A stretch of 64,000 nucleotides of DNA from Octopus vulgaris (GCA_951406725.2 OX597819.1:69936001-70000000), one strand, 5' to 3'; positions 1 to 13,185 are shown, counted from the first letter of the stretch. Notes: generated by a model from the letters alone, not told the origin. Made by a program: numbers and translations.

Positions 1-111
1 TAATGACACAGCGATGTGGCTAATACGAAGAGACATCTTGAAAAATAAAAGCCACCAACATATTGAAATATATTGTGTATAGAAGATAGGTATGTAGGTA
101 GGTAATATAGT

Positions 112-199
<88 letters not shown>

Positions 200-274
200 A
201 TGAGATATACATATGCTTGTACATACATATGTATGCGTATGTATAAATATAGACATATGCATGTGTGTGTATGC

Positions 275-336
<62 letters not shown>

Positions 337-371
337 GCAGGCAGGCAGATAGACAAACAGACAGACAGACT

Positions 372-487
<116 letters not shown>

Positions 488-747
488 TACGACGGGCTTC
501 TCTCAGTTTCCGTCTACCAGATCCACTCACACCGCTTTGCACCGAGGCTATAGTAGAAGGCATTTGAGTGAGTCTCTCCTACTGTCGCCTCGACCCAATC
601 TAAGCCTTCGGAGTGGATTTGGTAGGTGGAAACTGAATGAAGCCCGTCGTATAGAAGACATTTGCCCAAGGTGCCACGTAGTGTGACTGAACCCGGAACC
701 GTATGGTTGGGAAGCAAGCTTCTTACCACACAGCTACTCCTGCGCCT
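488..747 (-). mobile_element. tRNA-derived SINE family A, 5' half, with an internal inverted fragment
   Basis: The reverse complement reads GGCGCAGGAGTAGCTGTGTGGTAAGAAGCTTG...CCGGGTTCAGTCACACT (A/B-box-like head). It shares sequence with the copies at 13395, 17229, 20010 and 61283. Confidence 0.75.
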
Positions 748-754
748 ATGTGTA

Positions 755-1130
755 ACTTCCACATCTAAAGTTTGATACAAGACCTTCCAGGATTTTCTAG
801 ATGTAAATCACTGCATGTCTTTCCTGCCTTCATCTTGGGAGTAGAGTCTTAACTTTTTCAGTTTCTCTCAGTAGCTGACATGACGCATTAGGAAGATCTT
901 CTTTGTGGTAGCTTCGCTGGGTTGCTTGGAGTTCTGCCGCTAATTTAGTCACTGTGGTGACCATAGTCGGGAACAGTAGTCTAAACGGCTAAGGACGAAT
1001 GTCCTCCAGAGAACCATCATGGTTTCCTGTTCTCTCTTTCTGAAAGTACTTTGGATCCATTCGGCTAGTCTCCTTCATCTTATTGCCAACTCAGTAATAT
1101 GCACCTGGAAAGATACATCATTGCTTATGC
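755..1130 (-). mobile_element. Degenerate CR1/Jockey-type LINE, RT C-terminal fragment
   Basis: Minus-strand translation across stops gives WIQSTFRKREQETMMVLWRTFVLSRLDYCSRLWSP...KLKKLRLYS. This matches the LDYCSxxWSP and LxLYSL motifs downstream of CR1/Jockey-group RT. Confidence 0.65.
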
Positions 1131-1134
1131 CAGA

Positions 1135-1172
<38 letters not shown>

Positions 1173-1716
1173 CTTCCCTCACCACCACCACCACCACCAC
1201 CATGCTTGACAACCGATGTTGGTTTGTGTATGTCAAAAAGGCCGATAAAATAAACACCAGGCTTTAAAAGAAGGTCCTGCAGTAGGTTCGTTCAACTAAA
1301 AATCTCCAGAGCCGTGCACCAGTATGGCCGAAGTCCAATGACTGAAACAAGTAAAAGATAAAAATAAATATGTGTGTATGTGTGTGTATGTGTGTGTGCG
1401 TGCGTTTGCATGAATGTATAATCACACATTGCATGCGTATATAGATACCTTCTAATACGTACATTTGTATATGTGTGAGTATGCGCGAGCACCTGTACGT
1501 TATCGAGCAACTCAATATTTATGTACCAGGGTGTATATCTACGTGTAAACAAACATGTTATGTTTCAATTCCCATATATTTCTTCCATTCATTCTCTGTG
1601 ACACTTCCTTCCTTTCTCTAATCTTCGGTTCCTACTTTTCTAATCTTTTATTAATGTTTTTACAATAAAGAAATCCGTATAGCAATTTCGAAATCTTTTC
1701 AGAATTCTCGCTCTCA

Positions 1717-1897
<181 letters not shown>

Positions 1898-1959
1898 GCT
1901 CACCGTTTCTCCTTTTCTCTCCTCCCCGCTTTTCTGTCTGAAAATTTTCGTTTGTGTAC

Positions 1960-2002
<43 letters not shown>

Positions 2003-2007
2003 CATAC

Positions 2008-2045
<38 letters not shown>

Positions 2046-3007
2046 CCTATATTCTCACACACACAGAGGCATATATATATAAGCATGTGTGTATATATAC
2101 GTATATATATATATGAATATTTATCTGTATAATTTATATATTATATAAAAATACACACACATATAACGAGTGAGAGGGGGAGAGAAAGACAAGCACACGT
2201 ATATACATAAGCGTGGATGCAAAACACACTCACACGGAGGCGTACTTACACACTTACACGCGCGCACACATTTATACATTTATTTGTGTGTGCGCCTATT
2301 TCTGTGTCAGTAATCTGTGCGCGCGCGTGTGTGTGTGTGTGTGATACACGCATACCTATGCATACATACATACATGCATACATACATACATACATACTTA
2401 CATACATACATATATATATATATAAGCAAACACGTGCATATACATTCATACATACATACACACACACACACACACGCCTTGTATTTGTTGCATCTGTAAG
2501 GCAAAAAGCAAACTGGGGATTTCGTTGAACACGAAGCAAAATTCTTTACTTTGTTTATATTCTTGAAACGTTATTACGTTGGCTTCTACTGCTTCTGTTA
2601 TTGCCATCCTTATTCTTGTTCCTGCTCTTCGTGTATTTATTCCTTACTTACAAAACCCACCAAAAATCTCTGATCACAGCTAATTTTCTGACGATTTTTA
2701 GTTGTTTTCCCCCACTTCTTTTTGTTTTCGACTCAATTTCTTTTTAAGTTGTTGTTCACGGTGAAAATTTGTTTTATCTATTTATCTATTTATCTATTTA
2801 TTTCTTTATATCATTTATTTTTTCTGTGTGGGGTGGTGGGGTGTTGGAAAACTACAGCATATTCACGATGCCGAGCAAGTTAGACTGTTTTCACGAAGGT
2901 GTCACGTTCTTGGTAAACAAAAGATCGAGTTGACTTCATAAGTTTCACTATAGACAAGAGACTACTGCAATGGTGATATTGATATAAACAGACGTACACT
3001 AATGTAT

Positions 3008-3042
<35 letters not shown>

Positions 3043-3056
3043 TACAGACACACAGC

Positions 3057-3112
<56 letters not shown>

Positions 3113-3223
3113 CAAATAATCAATATAAGACTTAATTTATTAAAGAAAGTTCAATAAATTTCATCAGATAAATGAAATGAAACAGATTGCATGTTAGAAT
3201 GGATTAACTTTTTATTTCATAAT

Positions 3224-3306
3224 CCCAGACAATTGTTTCTGACAAAAGGACTAAGATTTCTATAAAACAGAACATCACAAGGGTCGAATTTGTACTCTTC
3301 AGTAGG
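3224..3306 (-). ncRNA. Type I hammerhead ribozyme-like motif with long stem II
   Basis: Minus strand: CCUA-CUGAAGA-GUACAAA...UUUUGUCA-GAAAC-AAUU-GUC-UGGG. Canonical core, GUC cleavage triplet, palindromic stem III (ACAAUUGU), stem I CCUA/UGGG. Confidence 0.6.
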
Positions 3307-3648
3307 TGAGACTTAAAGGGGAAAAAAAGACGTTTCATTTCTACTCTAGGCGCAAGGCCCGAAACTGGTATTTAATTTATCGAGCCCGAAAGGATGAAAG
3401 GCAAAGTCGACCTCGGAGGAATTTGAACTCAGAACGTAGCGACGGGCGAAATACGGCTAATTACTTCGTCTGGCATGCTAACGCTTCTGCAACAAAAAGA
3501 GGTTTAAAATATATATTGAATTTTTTCTTAGTTATCATTATTATATAGGTATTTGTATATTCATTCCTCTATTTACAATTATTTGAATCGAGACTATATA
3601 TAATCGATTAACAAAACAGAAGATGGATTACCTATTAGTCTTTATTCC

Positions 3649-3752
3649 GTACGACGATCGTTTCGACCTATCCTGCGACTGTTCTTTATGTGTCGGATGC
3701 TGTGCATCATATTGTGTTAAATCAATTTTGCAGTCTGGGTCACGTCAGATAC
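3649..3752 (-). ncRNA. Type I hammerhead ribozyme-like motif with long stem II (A9U variant)
   Basis: Minus strand: GUAU-CUGACGU-GACC...GGUC-GAAAC-GAUC-GUC-GUAC. Palindromic stem III (ACGAUCGU); stem II is closed by GACC/GGUC. Confidence 0.55.
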
Positions 3753-4186
3753 ATGCATGCCTAAAGTGGTGTCCCGCTAAAAATATAGAGTTCAAGTAGT
3801 CATGTTGGTATTTGCCTGCTTCGTTTGGGACTGGGGTTTTGCTACGATTGTCCTTGTATTAATTATTCATAACAATTGTAAATAAGTGTAACTATAAACA
3901 TATAAATCGTTGAAAAAAAGAGAGGATATACAAGAGAAAGTGTGTGGGAAGGGATATAGATACGGCGAGACCTGTTGACGAAAGGTTAGGTAGCCCAAAC
4001 GGTTATAGTCAACACAACAACACACTAATCGACAAATGCCCAGCAGTCCAAAAAGTTACATGTATATGAATATAAATCAACTACACTGTGAAGTAAGATC
4101 CGTGATGGTAGAATCTGAGAAGCATAAAGTTCCAATGGTAGCTCGGATGGAGTGGCGGTAAAGCGGTTCAGAAGAGGTAGTAAAGG

Positions 4187-4330
4187 TCCTTCTTTCTATA
4201 GGAAAGCGTAGGCTTGAAACGTCAAGGATTTCCATTTTTCCTGAGCGTCAAACTAATACAAGTTGCTTGTTGCTCTCTGAATTGTCTCTCCCTTTTGTCT
4301 TTTGTTTTTTGTTTAATTCTGAACCGTATA
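4187..4330 (+). mobile_element. Solo PLE pLTR 3' tail with decayed hammerhead
   Basis: AAGCGTAGGCTTGAAACGTCAAGGA...TTCCTGAGCGTCAAACTAATAC is homologous to the 3' end of the pLTR at 52490-52632. Confidence 0.65.
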
Positions 4331-4374
4331 GAAATGATATGTGTGCGTGTGTGTGTGTATGAGTGTGTGTGTGC

Positions 4375-4438
<64 letters not shown>

Positions 4439-4574
4439 TATAGTGTTAGGAGTATAACACTCACGATCGTAAGATTGTGGTTTCGACTCGCAGAGCAAGT
4501 AGTGTATTGTGTTCTTGTTCAAAACACTTCTTTTCGCGTTGCTCCAGTCAACTCAGCCGTACACGAGTACGCCC

Positions 4575-5300
4575 TGTGATAGACTACCACTATCACATAC
4601 ATTTTATGTAATTCATTTATATACTCTTCAATTATAGGTTTATTCAAAACTGAATCTTTCCCTATCCACTTATCATATTTCTTTGTATGCTTAAATACCA
4701 CGTAAGTTAATTTGCTAACCCAGCTACTGAACTCCACCAATTTAACTTTACATTTGAGATTTAATTTAACTATGAAATCATTAATGGCTTTTAATATAAT
4801 TTTTTCTAAATTATATTTACTAATTTTATCATGTTCTTTATATTTTATTCCTTTACGCATAAATTCCCTGAGTTCCTCATTTTTAATGATATCTAAATTT
4901 CTTATATAAACATGCCCCATTTCTTTATTACAAAGTTCCGAATTATTACATTTACAATCTCCAAGATATATTTCTTTAAAACTTTCGAGACCATCTTTGC
5001 ATAAGAGCTTATTATAATCAAATAAGGTACTACTTACCTTCTTACCAAGCTTAATTTTGACGTTTATGTCTAACATTTTCCGGTAAAAGGTTTTTGATTT
5101 TTTTTTTCTAATTACATTACCTAAATTAACATCATCAATGAAATTACTAACATAATGCATGTATGTATATACCGTTCAATAAACACAGGATCTCTAAGAA
5201 AGCTGCTGTTACTTTTCATTGGTACAGTAATTAAACGGCTTTGTACAGCATGACGTCTACACTCCTGCATTCGTTCAGGCTCAAGATAAACATGGCTACT
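4575..5300 (-). mobile_element. Penelope-like element ORF fragment (region N-terminal to the RT core), AT-rich lineage
   Basis: ORF 4519..5160 reads CKCNNSELCNKEMGHVYIRNLDIIKNEELREFMRKGIKYKE...YINELHKMYVIV. This resembles the CxC..GHVxTGDLxIIxNxxLRxxLxKGPKYRE...LHxxYVxVPADK region of PLE RTs. It is truncated before the RT core. Confidence 0.6.
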
Positions 5301-5419
5301 TTCTGAGGATAAACGAGAGAAGAAAAAAAAAACAAGAATAAAAAAACCACGAGAGTAAATGAGAAAAAAAAAAGCTCGGAGGGGTCGGAAATAAGCGTTA
5401 CATACCTTTGACACATTTA

Positions 5420-5630
5420 AAGGAGCACTCCGTCGGTTACAACAACGAGGGTCCCAGCTGATACGATCAACGGAACAGCTTGCTCGTGAAATTAACGTGC
5501 AAGTGACTGAGCAATCCACAGACACGAGTACCCTTATCGTAGTTCTCAGGGAGATTCAGCGTGACACAGAGTGTGACAAGGCCGGCCCTTTGAAATACAG
5601 GTACAACTCATTTTTGCCAGCTGAGTCCAC
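5420..5630 (-). mobile_element. SINE family C, partial
   Basis: Near-identical to 24446-24660 (AAGGAGCACTCCGTCGGTTAC...CAGCGTGACACAGAGTGTGACAAGGCCGG). Confidence 0.75.
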
Positions 5631-6002
5631 CTTTGACACATAAGCAGACAAGGAATGGTAATGTCAGTTCAAAATGTAGCATTTTGTAGTGCATTCGTTT
5701 TACCAAACCTTCGACTTTCTCCAGAAGCGTTCGAACATTTGCTATTAGGCGGCGCAGATATATTCTTGATAAATTAATCCATGTGGTGTGAATCCATTTT
5801 GGTGTATGGCTTTTCTGGCCTCAACTTCGAAGCCTCAACTTAAATTTACGCCATCAGTCCAATCTGTGACATGAATTTACGGAGAAATTCCACGGGTTGA
5901 TCCTACCAACAAAGAATAGTTCACTATATAAGGATAGAGAGCTGATAGGCAGACAGACAAACAGACAGACGGACGGACGGACGGACGGACGGACGGACAC
6001 AC

Positions 6003-6069
<67 letters not shown>

Positions 6070-6139
6070 GACATAGACAGACAGACAGATACATAGATAT
6101 AGACACTATACACATACATATGTATATATATATATAAGC

Positions 6140-6179
<40 letters not shown>

Positions 6180-7516
6180 TGCTTGATTTAATTTAATCAG
6201 GTTAGTTTTCCATTAAACAGAAGATGAAACGGTGCATCGTCTAAGAAATTACAGGGTAAATGTTTTTCAATTTTCTCCTGGTTTACGGAATTGACGTTAT
6301 TTTGCGGTTAAAGCTTTTGTCTGTTATTTCTAGTGGGTGAATGGCCTATTATGGCCGTTCCTTGATTGTGATGTTGAACTTAAAAATGGTTTATGACTAT
6401 TTAATTTTTTCCCACTAGGCCGCTGGTGGTAAAAGAATTCTACAAAATTTTTTTTTTGCCACCCTATATTGATTAAATATATATATATATATATATAGTG
6501 ACATTGAAGGACACATCTTTCGATTTACAATCTAATATAGTAGAACATTTAGTATATGTCTGTGTATGTATATATATGTGTGTATATATATATTGCCTGT
6601 AATATACATTATATTATTTTTATAATTTACTTCATCTTTACTTTTTAATTGTCACTTTAATTTTAACTTTCCTATGATATACAATTTTCAAGATGGTGTA
6701 ATTTAGTTGTTCATTTTGAACCGATAAAAGGTTTTTTTTTCAAATATTTCATGTATAAGCGTGTATATATATATAGTGGTATAAATATCAACACAATTTT
6801 TTCCCCTTCCTCCCTTATTTTTCTTTTTCTTTTTCTTTTTTCTCTCTCTCCCCTTCTCCAAACACACAGACACACGCACACGCACACACACACGCACACA
6901 CACACAAACACACACACACACACACACAAACACACACGGACACACACACAGACACACGCACAGATACACACACACACTTCCACAAAACGATCGTAAAACG
7001 TGGAAAGAATTCTTAACCCCCAAAAAAGCATTCGACCATTCTCACAATGATAAAAGGAAATATAATTTATGGCCTACCTCCCCGCCATCACACACTCAGT
7101 GACACTGTGAAGTGGTCAAAGCTGAAATTCTTAGAACCCCCTTGGAGTCAATATTCTGTCCAGCAGACCCAAAAAAAATATTTCCTTCTTCTTCCCTCTC
7201 CCTTCCCCTCTTTCTCTTTAGCACTCACCCCAGATACAAACACACACACACACACACATACACATACACACATGTTCTCTCTCTCACTTTCTCCTCATCC
7301 CCCTCACCCTCTTGTACTGTCTTATATTCCTCCCCACCACTACGAAACTCTATAAAATGATTAAAATTCCCCACAAAGAAACTTATTTTGATTTGAAAAC
7401 CCCACTAGAACGGGAGAGAGCGCTAATGATCTAAGTGATATATATATATAAAAAATGTAATATATAAATAAATATCTGTAAATATAAACCATCCGATCTT
7501 CTGATTACCTCATTTC

Positions 7517-7565
<49 letters not shown>

Positions 7566-8089
7566 GATATAGGATGTGTGCGTGTGCATGTGTGTGTATT
7601 TTTTACCTTTTATTTGTTACAGCCATTGCACTGCCGTCATGCTGGGACACCGCTTTAAAGGGTTTTAGTCGAACGAATCGACTCCATTACTTATTTTTTG
7701 AGCCTGATACTTACACTATCGACCTTTGAGTCCGAACCTCTAAGTCACGGGATGTAAACATACCAACATCGATTGGAGGAAAAAGACAAATACACATGTC
7801 CCAAATATCGGATAAAGGATCTTCCCGAGTCATACAGTCTCATGTTGCCTGTTTCCCGGTTTCCATGTGGAATATATTCACCCCCTGGATGGGAAGTTAG
7901 GCCATCGCAGCATTATTCATTTTTGCCAGCTGAGTGGACTGGAGCAACGTAAAATGAAATATATAACTCAAAAGCATAACGCGTCGTCCGGTCCAGGAAT
8001 CGAAACCACAATCTTACGATCAGGCGTCCAACAACCTAACCACCAAGCCACCACATCCGAAATAATGCAGTATATCAGATTTTGTCAGA

Positions 8090-9788
8090 ATGTTTCTAAA
8101 AGTAAGATTATCGAGTAAATACTAAGCTTGAACGCGTTAGTATCTAACCTTATATAAGTAACACAGTTCAAATGTGTCTTAGCTTTAACCTTAGCAGAAT
8201 ATATAAACGGACAAATATTTCATGTTTGGCAATTACAAAATTTGAATGTTATTGATGTTAGGGATACAAAAGTTCATATTAGTTATGGATTTCTTATTCC
8301 TAATGGAAAACATTAATTTAACAAAGTTTTCTGTTGTTGAATAACTTTAATTGAATTAACTTAGATATCTTAGAATATTTAGATTGGTTTCCACCATTAT
8401 CGGTCCAGGTTGTGACTAACTTAACAGCACAACTTGAAGAGGTCTTTTAAATCATGTTTCGGACACCATGGGCCACTCGAGTAATGAACTATTGTTGGCT
8501 GAGGCGTATCCGAGTGTTGGTGATTTCTCTGGTACTTCTTGGAGGAATTGTGCACGCACTGTTCGATTATCGTGGGGATTTTCACTATTTTAATTTCTTT
8601 GGGGATAACATTGAATAAAGCAGGGCCATTTGAAGTTAAAAAAAAAAAAAAAATTGTGTCACGAAATTCTTATGTGATGTGAAATTGATTTTTGCAACGG
8701 ACGTATAGCAACGGGAGCCTACCCTTGGGTGACTTGTAAACTCGATACTAACATCGTTTGGATTATAACTGCCGAAATATTTTCGACATTGCACAATTAA
8801 TATAGCGCTCTAAAAATTTCCATTGTTTATATCTAATAAGGAAATTAAATATCCGAAATTTGTCGAATAGGTAAGAAAACAACAAACATAATTATAATGT
8901 ATATAATTAGAATATGAAGAAGAAACAGAAAAAATGTAACGTTTCGCACGATAACATATCATTAAAAATAAAGAAGAGAAAAGATTACATATAAGGCAGT
9001 AAACAGCGCGAAGAATGCTGGGAAATCAATGTGGTTATAATAATGAGACGCGATATACATGTGATAGTAACAAGGAGAGAGTTTGTGGTAATTATGTAAT
9101 TTACAGAGTAAGATTTTTAAGGTTCATCGTCGTAACACCGAACGTTTGACTAAATTTGGTATCGTATAATATATAACCATTTGCAATCAGGTTGGTCTAT
9201 CCTAAGTGTAGTAATAATAATCCTTTCTACTAAAGGCAAAAAGGCCTCAAATTTGCGGGGAGGGGACTAGTCGATAATATCGACCCTAATGTTTCTCTGG
9301 TACATCATTTATTTCCCGCCCCCCACCCCCACCCCCGCCAAAGGATGAAAGGCAAAGTCGACTCGGTAGAATTTGAACTCAGAACGTTTCTTTCAATCAT
9401 TATTACGGTTCTGAGTTAATTGAAGCATTTTCTTTTTTCTTTTTTTTTTTTTTTTGGTTTGACCATCCTCTTATTTTGCACATGAGACATTTGGACGAAA
9501 CTAATGTTAGTGTTATTAACTTTTATTAAGACCATAGTACAAACTTAGATTTTTCAGAGAATTTAGCTAACAGTTAACCGTGTTTACGAAACAGATTACG
9601 AATTTGTATGTTCACTAGCTTTTCCAACATTTAAAAAAATGTTAATCGTTCTCTTTTTTGCTCACTACTGTATGTCTTAAAGAAAGCAAATAATAAAACA
9701 AAAGTGTTCAGTATGTTGGCCACAGTAATTTCTGTCAAAGAGACATGGTTAAACAAAGTTGCACATCATCTATCTCTTTCTCTTTCTT

Positions 9789-9828
<40 letters not shown>

Positions 9829-11280
9829 ATTATTACTCTCACTGCCACCATCAACACTACTACTTTTACTAAAACATCAACACTCCCTAAATTTCTGTGT
9901 CTCTCTTTCTCTCCCTTTCTATTCTCTCTCTTTCTCTCTCTCCCTCTCTTCGCCATTACCCTCACTGTCTTTATGCCTACTATTGCTCTCACCCCAGCAC
10001 AAGGAATAGTAGAAGTATCATTGAATAATGAGAGAGGTGGTCAAAGGGTGACACACTACACACAGAAATTAGTTTTCCCATTTATTATATTAGATTAACT
10101 TTAAAAGCGAGTTAAAATTTATTGTTATCTAGGTTATATTTTGTATCTAAGTTAAATCTATTTCAAGTTACTACGGAGATTTTCAGATTTTACAAGGAAA
10201 CTACAGTATTCACCTGGTTGTTGTCCGTCGAGGTTTTTAGAAAATAACAACTCATCGTCCTTATATAAAAATTCATCAATAAAATTTCATTACTGCGCAT
10301 AAGATTCAGAATCTATAAGCTTATTAAATTTGAGGATTAATTCGAGCCCTTTGTTCTCATGCTGGCAGAGAAAAGTCTGGCGGGATTTTTCTTTTTTATT
10401 TCCCAAATGTGGTTATTGAAAGACGGAACAAGCTTTCGGGCATGTAGTGTGATTCCTACCTCATTATCTGTAATGGGAGAGTGCTGTTCGTCAAATTCTA
10501 AGGCTTTTAACTATAATGGCTTAGTTACAGAAATGTAATAATCAATCCTGTCCAATCGAGTGAATATGTAGTCGAAGTTCGTCAAAAAGTTTTAAAACCT
10601 TTTATAACTGAAGTGTTACTCTTTCAAATACTTTAACCTGAAATTATCAAATAATTTTATAGCATTTTTCCCTTGCTTCTCTCTAAAATGCGTTTGCTAA
10701 TAATAATTCCTAGTTCAGTTTTGGTTAATGAGTCGCGTTGAAGGGTCGCTTAATCACTCATATTTATGTTTGTTATTCATTTTTCAGATCGAATTTGTAT
10801 TCTGCTACATCTTCACTGTTTCACTTAAAAGCTATCTGTGTTTGGCTTCGATGTTAATAGAATGAAATATGAGATGCTGTTGGTAGTTTTTTGAACATCA
10901 GCATCTCTGTGTGGTTACTGGTTTGTTATCTGAAGTTTCATTCAGTTCATACATATTTCCAGCTTTATCAGTTTTATTGTTCGTTGACTCAGGAATGTTT
11001 CTCACATCCCTCGCCAGTTTTTATTCGAAGTTTTTATTGATTTCATCGGGGGGGGGGGGTTCTGGAATTAGAAGTTTTTAACCATATGGAAAATGTCTTG
11101 TACAAAAGTTTCGAGAAATTTATAATTTGGTCGACGTTTTCTGGTTTTCATTCCAAATATCATTTCCTTTCGTGATTCTTCAGCTACGTTATCTAGCCCC
11201 AAATCACACTATTTCCACGCATTTTTCAAATAAAATCTTCGGTTTTGAACAAAAGACATTAAGGGAAATGGTTTCGTATT
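8090..11280 (-). mobile_element. Heavily decayed Penelope-like element (RT about 10100-11280; GIY-YIG about 8090-8400), interrupted by nested insertions
   Basis: Minus-strand remnants: PSTRLIN..KTELGIISKRILER, VKALEF..QHSPITDNEVGITLHARK, LYKDDEL (degenerate LYRDDG), NLKISV. At about 8120-8210, IYSAKVKAK..TYIRLDTNAFKL is GIY-YIG-like. Confidence 0.55.
8465..8810 (-). mobile_element. CR1/Jockey-type LINE 3' end fragment
   Basis: Minus-strand translation TSNGPALFNVIPKEIK...FLQEVPEKSPTLGYASANNSSLLEW is a typical C-terminus of this LINE group. Confidence 0.55.
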
Positions 11281-11695
11281 GAAATAGAAACATTCTCCGC
11301 AGAAAGGCTTCAAATGTAATTGTCTTTTTGTTTTGTTTTGTTTTGTTTTTTATCAAATGGCATCGCTGCAACCATGGCATGCTTTACAACCAAGTCGTTT
11401 CGAGTGCAATTCCACTGCACAACCATTGGGCAAGTGTCTTCTATAAAAGTCCCGGGTTAAGCAATGTCTTGTTAGTGAGTTTCATAAACGGAAGCTGTGC
11501 GGAAACCCGTCGAATGTGTGTGTGTGTGTGTGTGTGTGTGTTTGTGTATCTGTGTTTAAGTGTGCTTGTGTGTGTGTGTTTTCTCGCCACACCGCTTAGC
11601 ACTGTTGATTTCCGGATGTCCCAGTAACCTCCCGACTTGGCTAAATAGAACCGAGTGATTAAGTACTAGACTTCAAAAGTAAGCCTAAATATTTA

Positions 11696-11895
11696 TTTCT
11701 TTATTGCCCACAGGGAGCTAAATATAGAGGAGACAAACAAGGACAGACAAAGGATTTCAGTCGATTACATCGACTCCAGTGCGTAACTGGTACATATTTA
11801 ATCCACCCCAAAAGGATGAAAGGCAAAGTCGACCTCGGCGGAGTTTGAACGCGGAGCGTAATGCTAGACGAAATACCGCTATGCATTTCGCCCGT
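11696..11895 (-). mobile_element. SINE family B, partial
   Basis: AAGGATGAAAGGCAAAGTCGACCTCGGCGGA... is shared with 45014-45402, 51091-51492 and 59607-59822. Confidence 0.75.
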
Positions 11896-11987
<92 letters not shown>

Positions 11988-12167
11988 GCAGGCAGGCAGG
12001 CAGATAGACAGATCCCAACACATCCTGGTGTGTTTACGTCCCCCTAATATAGCGGTTCGGCTAAAGAGACTGATAGAATAAGTACTAGGCATACAAAGAA
12101 TTAGTCCTGGGATCGATTTGCTTGACGAAAGGCGGTGCTGCAGCATGGCTGCAGTCAAATGATTGAA

Positions 12168-12620
12168 GCAAAGCGTTTGAAGAGGCCAGGATAACGCATG
12201 CAAGACTCAAAAGTTTATTTAAGGAAGAATGTTACGATCGAGAAGGTGAATCACAATGACCTTTTTGTGTGCACAGTTTGTGACAGACTATGCCTTTCTT
12301 TTGCTGGGCTCAAATCTCATTTGCGAACCCATGGAAAACGAACCTCCACCAATTGGTCTGCCTATATGTCTGTGCACACATTTGAATGCAATGTATGCCA
12401 GAAGGTTGGCAAATCTGACGGAGGCCTCAAAAGACATTTTCAGATCCACAAGGATCAGTACTTATTTACAGTTCTTGGTGGTCCAAATCGGATGTGCAAT
12501 CTATGTGGGTGTCTTTTCAGAACATTGTCTGGTTTGAAAAGCCACGTCAGATGCCATAATGATTCAAAGGTGTAGGTACAGGAGGTGATCAGATTCTGTA
12601 TAAGGAGCAGGCAACCACCA
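12168..12620 (+). mobile_element. RTE-type LINE 3' end carrying three C2H2 zinc fingers
   Basis: ORF 12198..12575 has CTVC..GLKSHLRTH, CNVC..GLKRHFQIH and CNLC..GLKSHVRCH. It is preceded out of frame by FEEARITHARLK and followed by a short 3' UTR and a (TG)n tail. There are no TGEKP linkers. Confidence 0.6.
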
Positions 12621-12663
12621 TGTGTGCGTGTGTGTGTGTGTGTGTGTGTATGTGTGCGTATAT

Positions 12664-12772
12664 GCTCGAAACGTAAAAGACTTTCTCACCTTCCCGGGCA
12701 TTAAATTAATACACCTGTTTGTTGTTTATACACCTGTCTTCGTCTTTTGTTTTTTTCTAAATTTCAACTATG
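12664..12772 (+). mobile_element. Solo PLE pLTR tail truncated within the hammerhead
   Basis: GCTCGAAACGTAAAAGAC...CACCTGTCTTCGTCTTTTGT is homologous to 52511-52605 and ends at (TA)n. Confidence 0.65.
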
Positions 12773-12774
12773 TA

Positions 12775-12825
<51 letters not shown>

Positions 12826-12835
<10 letters not shown>

Positions 12836-13023
12836 TAAGAGACAAAACCACTATTATGCAAATCAAACAAAGAAAGACTTAATCCAATACATAAAAAATT
12901 TTATATAAATTAAATATAATTAATCTTAATTATATTTAATTTATATAAAATTTTTATGTATTGGATTAAGTCTTTCTTTGTTTGATTTGCATAATAGTGG
13001 TTTTATCTCTAATTAATATTATA
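12826..13023. repeat. Near-perfect ~200-bp palindrome (arms ~95 bp)
   Basis: AATATTAATAAGAGACAAAACCACTATTATGCAAATCAAAC... pairs with ...GTTTGATTTGCATAATAGTGGTTTTATCTCTAATTAATATT. The loop is only a few nt. Confidence 0.9.
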
Positions 13024-13108
13024 TTATATTTTACTATAAAATTGGATTCAATCATAAATCTGATTTTTCCCTGTAAATTTGGATTTATTCCATAATATTT
13101 ATTATTAT

Positions 13109-13150
<42 letters not shown>

Positions 13151-13185
13151 ATAATAAATATTATTATATATATAATTATAAATAA

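Noticed and set aside
12198-12575. Host C2H2 transcription factor gene
   Set aside because: No TGEKP linkers, an RTE-like upstream peptide and a microsatellite tail. It is better explained as a LINE 3' end.
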